A DNA stretch of 64,000 nt from Pecten maximus (lineage: Eukaryota), in contig NC_047016.1 in NCBI RefSeq assembly GCF_902652985.1, positions 26,412,001-26,476,000 on the forward strand, written 5' to 3'. The notes under the pieces are model-generated. The model saw nothing but the letters and a program-made list of their open reading frames with translations. It was not told the origin of the DNA and did no database searches. Made by a program: the position numbers and the translations under genes. How positions within the stretch are numbered: the stretch's first letter is position 1; each line of letters begins with the position of its first letter. Shown here in pieces: positions 1 to 13,414 of this stretch.

Positions 1-709
1 AAAGAACAAGCATCACAAGACGAGACACACAATCAAAATTCGTTTTTTTCACGAAAAGCACATTTTCCTGTAATTAGATAAAGAAAATTAAAATTGGTAG
101 ACTCTTTTTATATACAAATGATCAAAACACATTATTTAACTAAACAATTAACAATACGTTGACATTTTTTCCAAGAGGAAAGGCACAGTTAAGAGCAATC
201 AGAAATTTTAATGAAGGATTCCTTGTGCCTACTTATACATGAAATAAAAATCGTCGTCTGAAACAAGTCTTCTTATATTTCCACTGACGTTGATGCTGGT
301 AGATAAGGTTAGTGTATACATGATAAACCAAGACAGATCCCTGTATCGCCGATAAATACCTGTATCTAACGAGATAGCACTACGGTTCGCATTGTATGCA
401 ACGAATGAATGGAATCCATCCGGTAAGCTCGTAAGTGGTGTTTAACATAGTCCTATATTATGAAAGTGGCCAACCCACCTCATATAACGTAAAGGGAGAA
501 AAACCAACAATTGTCTACTCGTTTTTCTATTGGAGGATGCGCTTCACCTTTTAACTGTACCCTTTGACCCCCATTCTTTACTTCCATCCATTCACTACAA
601 CTTTAGCAAACTTTAATGTGTAGTTTGTTCTTTTTCTATTGATAAACTTTCGGGAAAAAAACCCGTGGAAATATGTTTGTAGAGTAAGACTATTTAACGT
701 GGTAGCTGA

Positions 710-745
710 TATAAGGTATATGTAGTAGTGGTTTAGTGTATCAGT
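710..745 (+). promoter_or_regulatory. Candidate core promoter (TATA-like TATAAG plus Inr-like TCAGT) of the Kunitz-domain gene
   Basis: TATAAG at 710-715 lies ~33 nt upstream of the A of TCAGT (741-745). The following ~330 nt (746-1077) contain no ATG, as expected of a 5' UTR. Short motifs in AT-rich DNA are weak evidence and the TSS is unverified. Confidence 0.3.
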
Positions 746-1194
746 ACGCTAGGGGAGCTCTGTGTACAGGTGTATATACACAGGCCCACTAGTATACTGT
801 ATTGCCATTTACTCCAGTATACCTTTACGTACGCTATTTGCACTGGGAGAGTTACCTGTGCTGTGTGGAAAACAAGACACCGTAGGCGCGGATAGCACTG
901 CAGTGTAGCGATCGGCTAAGAGTATTACAGAGAGCACAACCTCAGTGTGAAACAAAACGACAGAATTTTGGACGTAAAAAGTGAAACGGATTGCAAGCCA
1001 TCGCGTTACGTTATCCGGTCTACAAATTGGAGGAAATTTATTTCCATTGGTGTATACAAAATTCAGAAGATTTTAAAATGTAGCAAATTTTGCTAAGATG
1101 TGATTTTTATTTCGTTTTTGGATTTACGTTATAGTGTGTGACAGTATGTGGCGTGTTTTTTGTGTGTAGAATTTGACTGGCCTAAACTGCTACC

Positions 1195-1245
1195 ATGGTT
1201 ACATCGTGGATCTATTCTCTCGTCATCCTGCCACTCGTGCTAGAG
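1195..1245 (+). CDS. Coding exon 1 (signal peptide MVTSWIYSLVILPLVLE) of a secreted Kunitz-domain protein
   Basis: ATG sits in a strong Kozak context (ACCATGG) and begins a hydrophobic 17-codon stretch ending at a phase-0 donor GAG|GTACGT. Joining it to the phase-0 exon at 50113 completes a signal peptide (…LPLVLE-VSS/SRR). The link across 49 kb is inferred. Confidence 0.7.
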
Positions 1246-4200
1246 GTACGTATATTTCACACTAAACCATCAAGGTAGTGAGTTTACATTTTAGTTATGT
1301 CTACATTAATGTTTCCCAACGATGTCTGAAGTGATTCATAACATATATATTTCTGCTCTTTTAAATTCAATATTCATTCACCACAAAAAATAAGTGATTG
1401 CATAATTTGTGTCGGTGTTATTTCAGATTTCTTACTCAATTCTGCTACGTGATGTAGATTGATGTCACAAATCAATCCTCCTATTATATAAAAATTCTCG
1501 TGTTCCATGATGTGAAAAATGTCGTCTGCTTGAAACTAGCAATATACTAACGTATGAAGTTGCTTCAAAAATGTTAGTACGAAAAGTACAGCGTAAACCG
1601 TACAGGTGTACATATGGTATTAAATCGATATAACCGATACAATGTAGATCGATTTGTAAAGCACTCGGCCTAGACGCAGAAATATAAAGACTAACTTTTT
1701 GCTTCTGTCATGTTGACCTTTATAAGTGTGATAACTCTGGCTAAGGTTTAATTACTTTGCTGTCTATTTTAATGACAGCACTACGTGGGTTTCTGGAGGA
1801 AATGAACGATATGATTGTGTCATTTACTTCAGTGTAGAACTTTACACAATAAACACAACAAGTCTACAAACAAATATATTCCTGATACACGGGGCATTGC
1901 CTACTTTGATGCAAAACTATTTTTTCTAATTTAAATTTGAAACTCGAAACCATGCATCGACCACGTTCTTTCACGTATATGCTTATTGTGGACGCCACGA
2001 AGGTTATTGACATTTTCTAACTACGGAGGCAAATATGAATATTAATGAAGTCTGCTTAGTTAAAACAGATTGCTACGGGTACGTGTCATCCTCAATGATA
2101 TCTGTTTTCCTTTGTATCCGATGATTATAATTGTTATATATCCGGAGTATAGTAGCTTCTGTATCACTGTCGTAGGCTATTTATTCTAGGGTAACGGGTT
2201 ACAAGTTTAAAATATTTAAGGAATATTTTCCGTAGCTGGATTTTGAGTAGTTTAATCCCAATAACACAGATTGACTCCTGCTTGGCCCAGCGTTAACAAC
2301 AGTTTACTGAAACAATATCTCTAGATGTATAGTTTCTTCTTGTTCTGTTTGAAAGGCATGATAGATGAGCAACAGCAGGTTGTCTGGTTCTATAAACATA
2401 TCGATAGGAGATTGATCGCTTCGCTCAAAGGGCGGGGATAACACTGCAATTTTATTGAAAGTAATAAATTTTACACATTTTCATTTATGGTTCAGTTTTA
2501 TCTTTGTCAGTTTTAGGCTAGGAATACAAATAAGGCATTAAAGTGAGCCCCCGTGTTCAAGGCTGGCGATAAAAATCTACTGTGGATCCCATAGATAATA
2601 ATAACATTGTTATTAGGATAGAAGAACGTTAAGTGCAGTTTCCGTCTTTTTGTGTGAGTGTGTGACATGCTTATCATACGGCTTGTTAGTTTGTCTATGT
2701 ATTGTAGAAATAGTGCATAATAAAGCTTAGGAAAAGATGGATTTGGTTTAAAATTCACTTCCATTTCGAACATTTCTCCTCTTCATAGATCTGTATATGA
2801 CCCGATGTTATGCATTAGATGGCATTAAACAGAGTTTATGTTACGTTCTGAATGGTTTTACGTGCTAATGTATAGTCAATGCGAACATCTTATCCTAGTT
2901 TTGAAATAATCGGGTTTTTTTTTCTGGCGGTTTTTGAAAGCCAAAACGACTCCACCCTTAGATATAGATAGATATATATGTTCATATAAGCAACATGCAG
3001 ATATACACTATATCTAATATGCTTATCCGGGTTCTTGGTAGGATGCAATCATTATGTTATCGTATCAGCCTATATCATTCACTGTTAACAGCGTGTAGCG
3101 TTCCTTCACCTGACGAACCGTTTATGTAATATCACCCATAGTAAGTAATTCTTACATATCTCCAGCTTAACTGGTACACGGTAAAAATAGAACATTCACA
3201 AATCAGGTAAAATGTAATTAAGTCAGCTACATTGCTTAAATATTAAACCAATCATGATGAAACGTAGGAAATGTAGAAAGATTGAATATTCAGAGGAACA
3301 AAAACATGACAATGAAAATAATCTTGTAAAGATAGAACAGAATTCTGCTTTCCTGAACAAGCACAACTGAACACAGGTATTGTGATTAAATCCAGTTGAA
3401 GTATTAATAGTGGAAAATAATGATATTAATCATTATCTGAAATTATATTCTTTTATTAGCAAAACACGACATCTGAGTTGTTAGTGAAATGTAGACACAT
3501 TGTATTTGTTGTGTTAGTCGTACACTAATCAGCCATATACCGTCTAGCCAGGTCTAGTCCACGTTCCGATATAAGTGACACGAGGGTACTATACTACTAT
3601 ATGATACTTCACGACATGCTACACGATATGTTATGTACATGATTAACGAACAACTTCGCCCCAAAATAATTGTGTAGTATTTCATAAGGATCATCACATC
3701 TACTGGTATATCTTCATGGATGCACCATTTGTCCCCGAATAGGTTTCCCCTCCCGACAGGAACTGGCATAGCTACAAATATACGATAGAAGAAAAAGTGT
3801 CCTGACATTAATAATGTTTCGTTTGATATTGTTAATATAAAACAACAGCCAGTTATAAGTTATTACTTTTGGAAATGGAATGTAAAACATCTAAAACTAT
3901 CCTACTGTAACATAAACAAATATTATGTTGGTACACCCTACATTTATATAAACAATACAGCTCGTAAAAGAATAACCATCAAGGGGTAAGTATCTATTCC
4001 AGCTTACTCTGTTCAACGCTCGATACAAAGCTCGCCAAATATTAGCTTTTTGCATCTGCTAGATCTATGAGGATCAACACAGTAAACATTAAAACCAATA
4101 TAATTAAGCTGGGCCGATGAAGTTCTACTAGAGCAGAACCGAGCATCCTGATGGAAGTCTGAAATTCATACTGTTTGAAATGGGAGTTATGCACCACAAA

Positions 4201-4650
4201 CTATGTAGCATATAGGCTCTGCTTCACACGCAAATGTCCTATAGCGTTAATGTGCATGTTCAGAGGAGTTGGCATAGATAATGTCCTTAGTTAATTAGGC
4301 CACTGAGTTGCACGCTTTTCTTTGGTGCAATAGAGCATAGGATAGAATAAGGTTGTGAAGATATAAACCTAAACCAAGGAACAAAAACAAAAGAGACAAA
4401 CGTGATTACCTGTTTTGATTATACAGTATATCAATCTATGATAATAAAATATATAGATATGTAACTTATCATTGGCTACTGATGACCCGAGGCTATCATT
4501 ATCTGATGGCTTTGTTACGAAATCGTCCTGTCCATGAATAATCGTATAGGTTTTGTACGCAAGAGAAGGTTTGCTACTCCGTTATCACAGTTACATTCAG
4601 AACTACGCCATCGTTGATAATACGTTAAAATAAATGAATAGAGATGATCC

Positions 4651-4678
4651 TTGTTTGTTTGTTTGTTTGTTTGTTTTT
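4651..4678. repeat. (TTTG)n microsatellite, ~6 copies; possibly a minus-strand retroposon tail
   Basis: TTGTTTGTTTGTTTGTTTGTTTGTTTTT is read directly from the sequence. Confidence 0.8.
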
Positions 4679-7600
4679 AACCGAGCGACAGTTACTTTAA
4701 CTTTCCATGATTATTGCTGCTTCTGTGCTACCCATATAGTGTTCACACATTACCGCCTCAGAATACTGCTGTCCTGTGTTGTCTTATTCCTCTTTTTTTA
4801 TCCAGGAAGGGTGCTTCTTTTCAAAATAATCACTCTTCTATATGCACATCACGTCTGGACAGAATGCCATACGTCTCCTTGAAATTCCACCGACTCCTTT
4901 GTGAATGAGAGTGCAACTGTTGTTCTTGACGATGATATCAACTCTCATGAACAAGCCGTCTAACGTTATTAATGGTTTATTTTCTTACAACAACAATCAC
5001 GCACTACAGCCGTCATATCGCTATCTATGTTGTCTACAGGATTGACATTTCCATTCAGTCTACATTCCTAGGTAGTTTGCTTTCAATTGCTCGTACGTAA
5101 TATGCTAATTTAGAAAAAAAATATACAATTATCTAATCCAGTTTGTTACACATCATGTTCCTGCTCGAAGTATGATATAGAAAGATTGAATATGTTGTAT
5201 TGTATATTTACGGAAAACCATAATGTGAATCTAACCTTTTTTGACCTTGCAAACATATAAATGCATTTAGTTTGAGTCGTGTAAAAATAATGTTATTATG
5301 TTGCTTCAAATATCTACTCTTCACACTGAAATATATAATAGTTTATATTCGTCAGTGTATTTCTAGCTTGCTAGCCTGTTTTGTAGATACACGTTAATGC
5401 CATAACATCATGCTGATCAGACAAGTGTGCTGTTTGGTCAGGTCCTCTTGATTTACTATCGGCACAGTAGGGATTTCAAAACAGACTACAATTGAGTTTT
5501 GTGTACAAGCAGCAGCATGAACACAAACAATATTTGCTTGAAGAACAGCAAACAGATAGAGTTACATTAGCCAAAGTAACAATACAGACTACATACGTGT
5601 TGTGTTGCGTAAACACTGTTTAATTTGTAAAATGGTATTGACATACTAGAAACAGACATTTTATTGTTGATAAAGTAGATAAGTTGCCAACAATCTATAT
5701 TGGACCAAAACATCTTCTGAGTTAAGTGATTGTTTTTTTACTGTTATATGTTTTATTTACCTATGAGTATTAATTGTGTACACAGATATACAGAGTGAAT
5801 CGAAACAGTTTTGTTACAGTTGACAGTATAATTCTATGAAGTGAGCTCCTGTACATGACGTGTGACAGGACTAGTAGATATACTGACACACTGTCACAGT
5901 TGCTTTATCTTCCAAAACGGTTGATTTGCGCATTTTACACACCCGTGTAAATTCGATGTCTCTATGGGCTTCATGCTTTCTGTCTGCCATTAATCAAATA
6001 GCAATCGTAATATCGAATGTTTTATGGTTCCAGACGATGGTTATCTCAACTCGATGTCATCTCATAGAGATCCTGAACAACAATATGGGGATTTGCTAGC
6101 TCTCTTCAATTCAATTACTTCTAACACCACTGCAAATTTCTGTCAATAAATCTCGCTGTCTGGTCTTATTTGACTTGTTTCTGTGACAAACCAAAGCCCC
6201 TTACACCGTAGCAAATATCAGAAATGCTAGGGCAGCTTAATGATTTTGCTTAAGTAAAATAATATCAGTTGGTGATGGTTTTATGTATATTTTCGTTCAT
6301 TCTAATGACGTTTTCAATGCAAACCATGGATGCGAAAACGTAACATATTTTATTTACGATTTTTCAGTCTAAATGAAAATAGGCATCACTCGTTATATTA
6401 TATTTTATTATAAATATGGACATTGTTGACACTTCTAAGCTAGGAAATTATTGTCTACGTTTTTATGATGACGTATAACATACTTAATTCAATGCTGTTT
6501 ACTTCATAGGGCGAAAGAAAACGCGTGATTCAGCAATGTTCTCTCGGTGAATGCACTCGGAACAGATGGCAGTTGGTATCAATTCCCCGTTCGAATTGAC
6601 TTTAATGTTCCTCAATGGTTAAAAAATCCATAGTGCGATTCCCTTGCAGTCCATAAATACAAATCGTCCTGCAATACCGACAAACAGTTCTCGCAAGGAG
6701 TGTGATGTAATTGATGTCCGCTGTTATCCGATTTTCAGTACATGTTTTTCGTTGTTTATTGCTGACAGATACATGCGTTTTGCACTCATGAGTTCTACAT
6801 TTAACTAAAAGATAATATATGATTTTAATTTTCATATCACAGAAGAATGCAAAGCAAAGCATTGAAGATTTCAATATTGTTAGTTCTATTGTTCTCCGTA
6901 ACGTTTCTGAAAATTGCTCAAAATGTATCGTCTGGTGAAGAATTACTAGATCAAAGAGGAACGGTTTTGTTTCATCTTTATATATGTTTAACTGCTTTGC
7001 AGAAGAAAGAAACAAACATTTATCTGCACTCTAAAATGTATGTAACAACATCAAGGGTTTGCTTGAAGCCATTAATTAATGGATACGTATTTCTCCTCTA
7101 GGGTAAAGTCCCTTATACCGTTCCAAATGTCCGATGCCCCTTACATCACTGCAAAATGTCTTTTCTATTACCATATGCAATACCGTTTCCTCACATTCGC
7201 CTTTACTCATTAAGTAGGAACAGACCCAAAAAATGCCACTAACGATTATCTGTCAAAACCACGACAACGCTAATTCTCTTCCAGTTCTACTTAATAGCAA
7301 TAAAACCTTGCCAAGGTGGTAACGTAATAATAGTATCTACTACACTAGCACGCAATATACCGGGTTAACGATAACGTTGTATGCTGTCATGTTCTATCTC
7401 CGGGGGCATGGATGGTCTGCAACTTGACAAGAAACAGCACGATACGTTTCCAGACAATAAAGTCACATCCACAGAGAATAGTACTTTAAACATCAGCTGA
7501 TTATTCAGATTATAGAATGTTTAAACGTTGTTTATAAAATAAACTATTAGTTATTTAGATTCTAGGCAAAATAACTCATTCGTCAGGCTTTGTTAAAGCT

Positions 7601-10600
7601 TGTCTGCTGAAGATTCAGCGCTTTAACAATTAGTCGATCCTGTCCTAGTGTATAGTACAAACAGCTTAAGACTCGTGCCCATATGTGTTTTGTGGCTATA
7701 GCCTAAAACACTGTGGCATCGCTACAGTTCTCAATCCAAACAACGATTTCTATGCAAAGCACTTCACCAGTACGTGGTGTCACTTATACACGAGGGTATG
7801 CTGGCATGTGTTGGTTCTCGTGAGCGCGTGCTGCTTATGTCAATCTCAAGAGCAAGGTTCGTATTATTTCAATACACAAAGACGTTGATCTCCATTATAA
7901 GAGCCAGGTTTCTTTTGATATACAACACAGGGGCGATTTGTCTTGAGATGTGTTTTCTTCCTGTTTACGGACTTTAGCATCTGGATTAGCATTGTTGTGT
8001 AGATGAGATGGTCTATATACGCCCCCCCCCCCCCTCCCTCGAGACCTCTCATCGTCTCCAGGAGTGGAGTCATTCATCCTAATTGTTCCCATTATAGTTC
8101 TCGGTATTTCTCAGAGGATAAGTAGATTAATTTATTAGGCTGCTCAATGTTAAGGTTCGGATAAGTTCCCAACAGTTGCATCTTACTGGATTTAATTATC
8201 AGTCAAATCCAGATTATTATATGTTATACAGAAAGCAACAGGCTGGCTCTATCTAGTAGTACACTTCATAACTTTCGTCTTCAAAGCATGTTTTGAATAT
8301 GGTAACTACATCATGTACATATACCGTAAATCCATGTATTATTCACTGTTAAATTCCCGTACTTTGATATGAATACTACAAGTTTAAAGCTGTACACTTA
8401 AAAGATGACTGTATTATCTTATCAACACAGTGCACGGAGATCCCCATCATGTTTGAAAGTTCCTGGTTTCACGCCAAAACTACAGGTTTGGTGGCAATAC
8501 TCTCTCATCTGTGAGTGTTGGTTTTTGAGCAATTATAAACACATTTAAAAACATATAATAATTTTGTTTTAATAAACCTAGACACTGGCCAGGTATACAT
8601 ACGCACAAGCTGTTAAGATTGATTGGTTGTATCTGTCTAACAGGATGCTTTGTATTATATAACATCAAGTCGACAACCAATCGGTGTTTCATTCTAACAC
8701 TAACTTCCTGACTACCAATACGGTTTAGTTTGCCGAATCGTGTCCTTATTACTATGATTACAACGCTTCGTTAGCATAATCTGACCAGGTGCTAAAGCAT
8801 TTGTAGTCCGCACTGCCTTTGGTGAAATATTGTTATTACAAAGCAAGGTATTCTGCAGACCAATATAGGTTTAATGTTCAAACAGGCCGAATTACAATTG
8901 TGGTAAGTTGTAATTTACTGGTCAGTAGTTCTTAACCAGATGTGGACTCCACAAATATCCTTTCATTGTTGACACTAAAACTCTACGATAAGTTTTACAA
9001 TTCAACTGAAATAAAACATAAGAGTGTACTTATAGGCGAGATTAGGAATTTGAGCTCATGATTTTGTGTAATCCTCAAACTATATTCAAACAGGTGCGTG
9101 TCCCCTTGTTGTGGGATTAATCTCCAGAAACAGATTTCCTCGATACCGCCTATTTCTAAATCGGCTTTGCCAGAGACAGGAAACCTACGTTAAATGATCA
9201 GACTCTCATTTCAAATGTAGTGTAGGATATAGTTATCGCCAGAGACAGACCGCTTTTCGAAAAGAGGAATTAGCTATCATTACAGACTGGAACAAACTGG
9301 AGAACTGGATTGATATTTTGGGCTGGAATCTGCCGCCTCTACGACTCGGATATGTTTTAAGTCACGGAACGACTGGAATAGCAATAAGCTTAATAGTTTT
9401 GGTTGATGATCAGGAGTTTTTAATTATAAACTGAATATATCTTGTTTTTTGATCCCTGTATGCTATTGTCAAAAACACATGTCTTGGCACTTTTGAAAAA
9501 TTAAAATATGCAATTAAGTAAAATAAAATGTATATAACAATTGTCTAATTTACGGCTAAAATGATCTATTGTTCTATGCAGAATACTGTCAACAGAGCAT
9601 CAAAATGAACAGTTTCTTAAATTTCATCGATCGCCAACAGATCACATGTTACAGGCAATCAACTCGTCCGTGTAGAAACCATACATTTCCAAACTGATAA
9701 TTACTCCGATACCAGCACAAAACACTCTCGTTGTCGAATCTCCTGCACTGTACGAGAGGAGGATTTGGAACTAGGAAAAGTGAACATACACTGGTATAAT
9801 CTTATGTTTTATCGCTGAATTATCATGTCAGTATTATCAGATGTTAATACGAATGCGTTTATGAAACTGTATTCAAAGCAAAAAGGTGAAAATGAGCTGC
9901 TAAAGCATCAACGCACACCGTAAAATCAATTACAAATATATCACGTAATCTGAGCTGTTTGAACAGCATTTTTGTGTAATCTTATAAAGCTGTTTTTAAA
10001 AGACTTTTGTCTTTCTATTGCACGTTTTTTCAAAGCCTTGCTATATCTGATGAAATTGCACTGACTGACCGTTTAGGTTATCGTATCCCTCTTTTAGCTC
10101 TGGAATGTGTCGCATCGCCATACACAGAATCGTGTCGCTCACGTAAGCGTTAACAGGCGGAGTGCGCCGTCTGCGGTGCCTTGGACATGTGAGCAGCGGT
10201 GAAGGAATTGGCGAGAAAATTTGTTAACATTCATTTTGTTAATTCAGGCTTGCTTAATAGATATTCATACCAGGGGTGAAAATATCTGCTGATGATTTTA
10301 ATCATGAGCTACCGTTCCGTCTTTGCCGTTTGAACTGGTCAACTTGATATTTAAAAACACCACGGTTCTTCTATGTAGAAATGTGTTCGATACTTATTCG
10401 CAGTTTGAGACTTTTAAAACATTATCTTTAATTGAGTCATATAACTGTATAAGAAAGTGGTCTATGTCATTGAACGATTGATTACTAGACTTCATGTTAA
10501 TATCAGCTTTAACATGTCTGGAAGCTTGATATACTTTAAGCGGCGTAGTCATAAAAGAGAAGAAGGCGACTCGAAAACGTAACATAACTCGCTTATACAA

Positions 10601-12612
10601 TGAACTTATTGATTACATGTAACGTTGTTCAAATCTTTATCATTTTGTCGCCAGTGACTTGTTAACACGAGCAGGCTTAACATGATATTTAGCTGGTTAA
10701 ACTATAATACACGTCATTCTGGAAAGTCAAGCATCTATGTCTAATGACAACTTAATTTATATATGTTTTATAAGCGTTACCACAACTTTTCAGGGGGCAG
10801 AGATTACGTCTTCAAATAAGCGTAAGAATTAACTCCTTTGAGTTAAATCTAAACGAATATGTCAATAATTAGCGGAACCAACTGCCGGAAAGTGTAGAAT
10901 TCCGGAAAATAGTTGGTGTGAGAGAGAATATGTTTACCAAGGGGTCATTGAGTGTTTGCTCGCATATTAACTTGTGACTTCTCCCGAACGTGTGTCAATA
11001 TACTAAACCAGAAAGACAAACACACGGTCATATGGCGCTAAAGTCAACATTCGTTCTAGTACAAATTGTCACACTTAAGTTTGGGAAGAACCTACTAAGC
11101 CTTGTTTTGATAGTAGTTGACAATTTGTCCTTCGAATTCAGAAACTATATGTGTTAAACAAAAACATTATTTTGTAATTGTTTGTTAGTTGTAATTGCTT
11201 GGTAAAATGCTGTCAATTAATACATATTCGACTATAGCACGAATTTGAACCAGGGAATTTGTTGAACGATTGTGGCCGTATTGCTCAACTAAAGTTCATG
11301 GAAGTTGACTGATCCAAGGTGACCTTTAAATTGAAATGTAGGTAAATTAAAATCCTAAAATGCACTATGACTAGGATCAACTACAACTAGATACTATGAA
11401 GCTTGAACGTGAGTTTACTCCATAACACCAGAAAAAACCCATTTTGAGTGACTTTTAATTGCATTCCTGTTCTTTTATATATCCACCATATTTCTCTGTA
11501 TATAATATCTGTCCATCCCTTGTGTTTAATCTATTAAACTATTTCAAGATTTGAGGAAGATCTCTTGCGAATTTTCGTTTTTAAAACGAAATGCTTGGAT
11601 AAGCACTAATAACTTAGCACTTACAAAAAAGTTCAAATTGTAAAATTGATTTAACACTCAGACGATTTCTATCTTATTTAAATTTTGGAGTTATTTTATG
11701 TTTAACTGAATCTAACAAACAACGCATTAACAATTTGCCACCGGCGCAGGCGGATTAAATTGCGAACCATTAAATAGACGATTTCAGTATATAACAAACA
11801 GCCAACGTAGGTTTTATAACACGTTTTGTGTCTGCAAATTGTGGTTTTGTTAAGTTTCAGGCACGGCCGTTATTTCTTTGTTTGTGAAATAAATAAGCTG
11901 ACTGGCAAGTACAGGAAAGCCACGGATATTTCTCTACATGAGTATATACCATTAATCTAGAAATCATAAATCTAAATTTGTTGCATATAGATGAAAATGA
12001 AATTTTGCGGTTGAGGAAATACTCTGTAAAGAAATTTAATATCACAAATAATAAAATGTCTATCCGGAGAACAGATTTAGCAGTAGAGAAATCCATTCAC
12101 TTGTATCACAGCTGGCAATCTCTGCTAGATACGATGTTACGGGATGAGAACAGGGATTTGACAGAATATCGTTACGATCTCTTTCCTACCGGAAGGAGTC
12201 AATATTTGTGCTTTTACACATTATCGTGAATCTATCGAATGACATAAAACAGAATTTTTGTTAGTTATGAGGTCTGGTTGTAGAGGATCACAGGAAATGT
12301 GGGTAAGAATGAGGTGTAAATCTGCGTTAGATTTACTGTCCACGGGAGGGTTTGGGAGAGGCTGCACGGTTGACGTCAAATGCCAAGCGACTGTCATTGT
12401 TATCTCCACTACCATGGTATGATTTGTGACCCTATTCCTTATGATACATTTTTGTATACGAGATAAATATTCTTATAGTGTTCTGTTTAACATTAGAAAC
12501 ACCACCCAGTCGAACCCTCATAGTCTAAGCACCTGTTCTAGACATGAAAATGAATATCTGTACACAGTGTTTTATATTATATGCATATACTTTACATACA
12601 GGTTACACAATA

Positions 12613-12762
12613 TTTGGTTTGGTTTATTTTGTTTAACGTCCTATTAACAGCCAGAGTCATTTAATGTCGTGCCTGGTCTTGGAGCTGGAGGAAAGCTGAG
12701 TACCCGGAGAAAAACCACTGACCTACGGTCAGTACCAGGCAACTGTCCCATGGGGGATTCGA
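12613..12762 (-). mobile_element. 5'-truncated tRNA-derived SINE with V-domain-like core (V-SINE type)
   Basis: The minus strand reads TCGAATCCC (B-box remnant), then GGTTTTTCTCCGGGTACTCAGCTTTCCTCC, which resembles the V-SINE core GGTTTTCTCCGGGTACTCCGGTTTCCTCC as I recall it. It ends GGACGTTAAACAAAATAAACCAAACCAAA, a simple-repeat tail. Confidence 0.7.
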
Positions 12763-13251
12763 TTTATACAATGTACACTTTATATACATGTAGTTATATA
12801 ATCAACACACATATTGATAGGATTTGCATTGTACTTTTGTATAAACTTTCCTAGTCAGCATAACACCGATATTCTCATACAATCAACTACTTAATGAAAA
12901 CACAAGGAAACTAGAGATCTATCAAGGAAAAAGATAGGATCAAATGAGAGCAATTAAAAACTAGTGTACAGAAAGGAGTCATATGAAACTACCGACAAGA
13001 TGTACCATGGCAGGGTAAAGGCAATACGATAGGCTCAAGGCCTGTTGATTAGGTTACAAGTTCGCATACTTCTTCTTTCATTGCACACACGCTTCATTGG
13101 AAAATTATCTGATGAAGGCAACAGCACAGTCATCGAAACGCAATACATGAAATTAACAACTGGTTATGATCTTACCAATTTGAAGAAAGCGTTTTATATT
13201 ATTAATATTGTCCTGTGTTAAATGTGATGAAAAGGAGTCTATTCATATATT

Positions 13252-13414
13252 GATATAACAAGAGGTTTAAAGCTAAAATCGATATAACTATTGGTTTAGT
13301 GCTAAAATTGATATCACTCGTAGTTTGATGCTAAAATTTATATAAAAGTGGTTTAATGCAAAACTGATATAAGAGTGGTTTAATGCTAAAATAATATAAC
13401 AGTGGTTTAGCGCT
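13252..13414. repeat. Degenerate minisatellite, 27-29 bp unit, ~6 copies
   Basis: Consensus approximately GATATAA(C)AGTGGTTTAATGCTAAAAT(T), repeated head to tail. Confidence 0.8.

Noticed and set aside
6500-7101. 137-aa minus-strand ORF and faint THAP-like fragments (CIYG-C…ICSE)
   Set aside because: The match needs frameshifts and a stop, the Cys spacing is too short, and the conserved Trp and His-Phe are missing.
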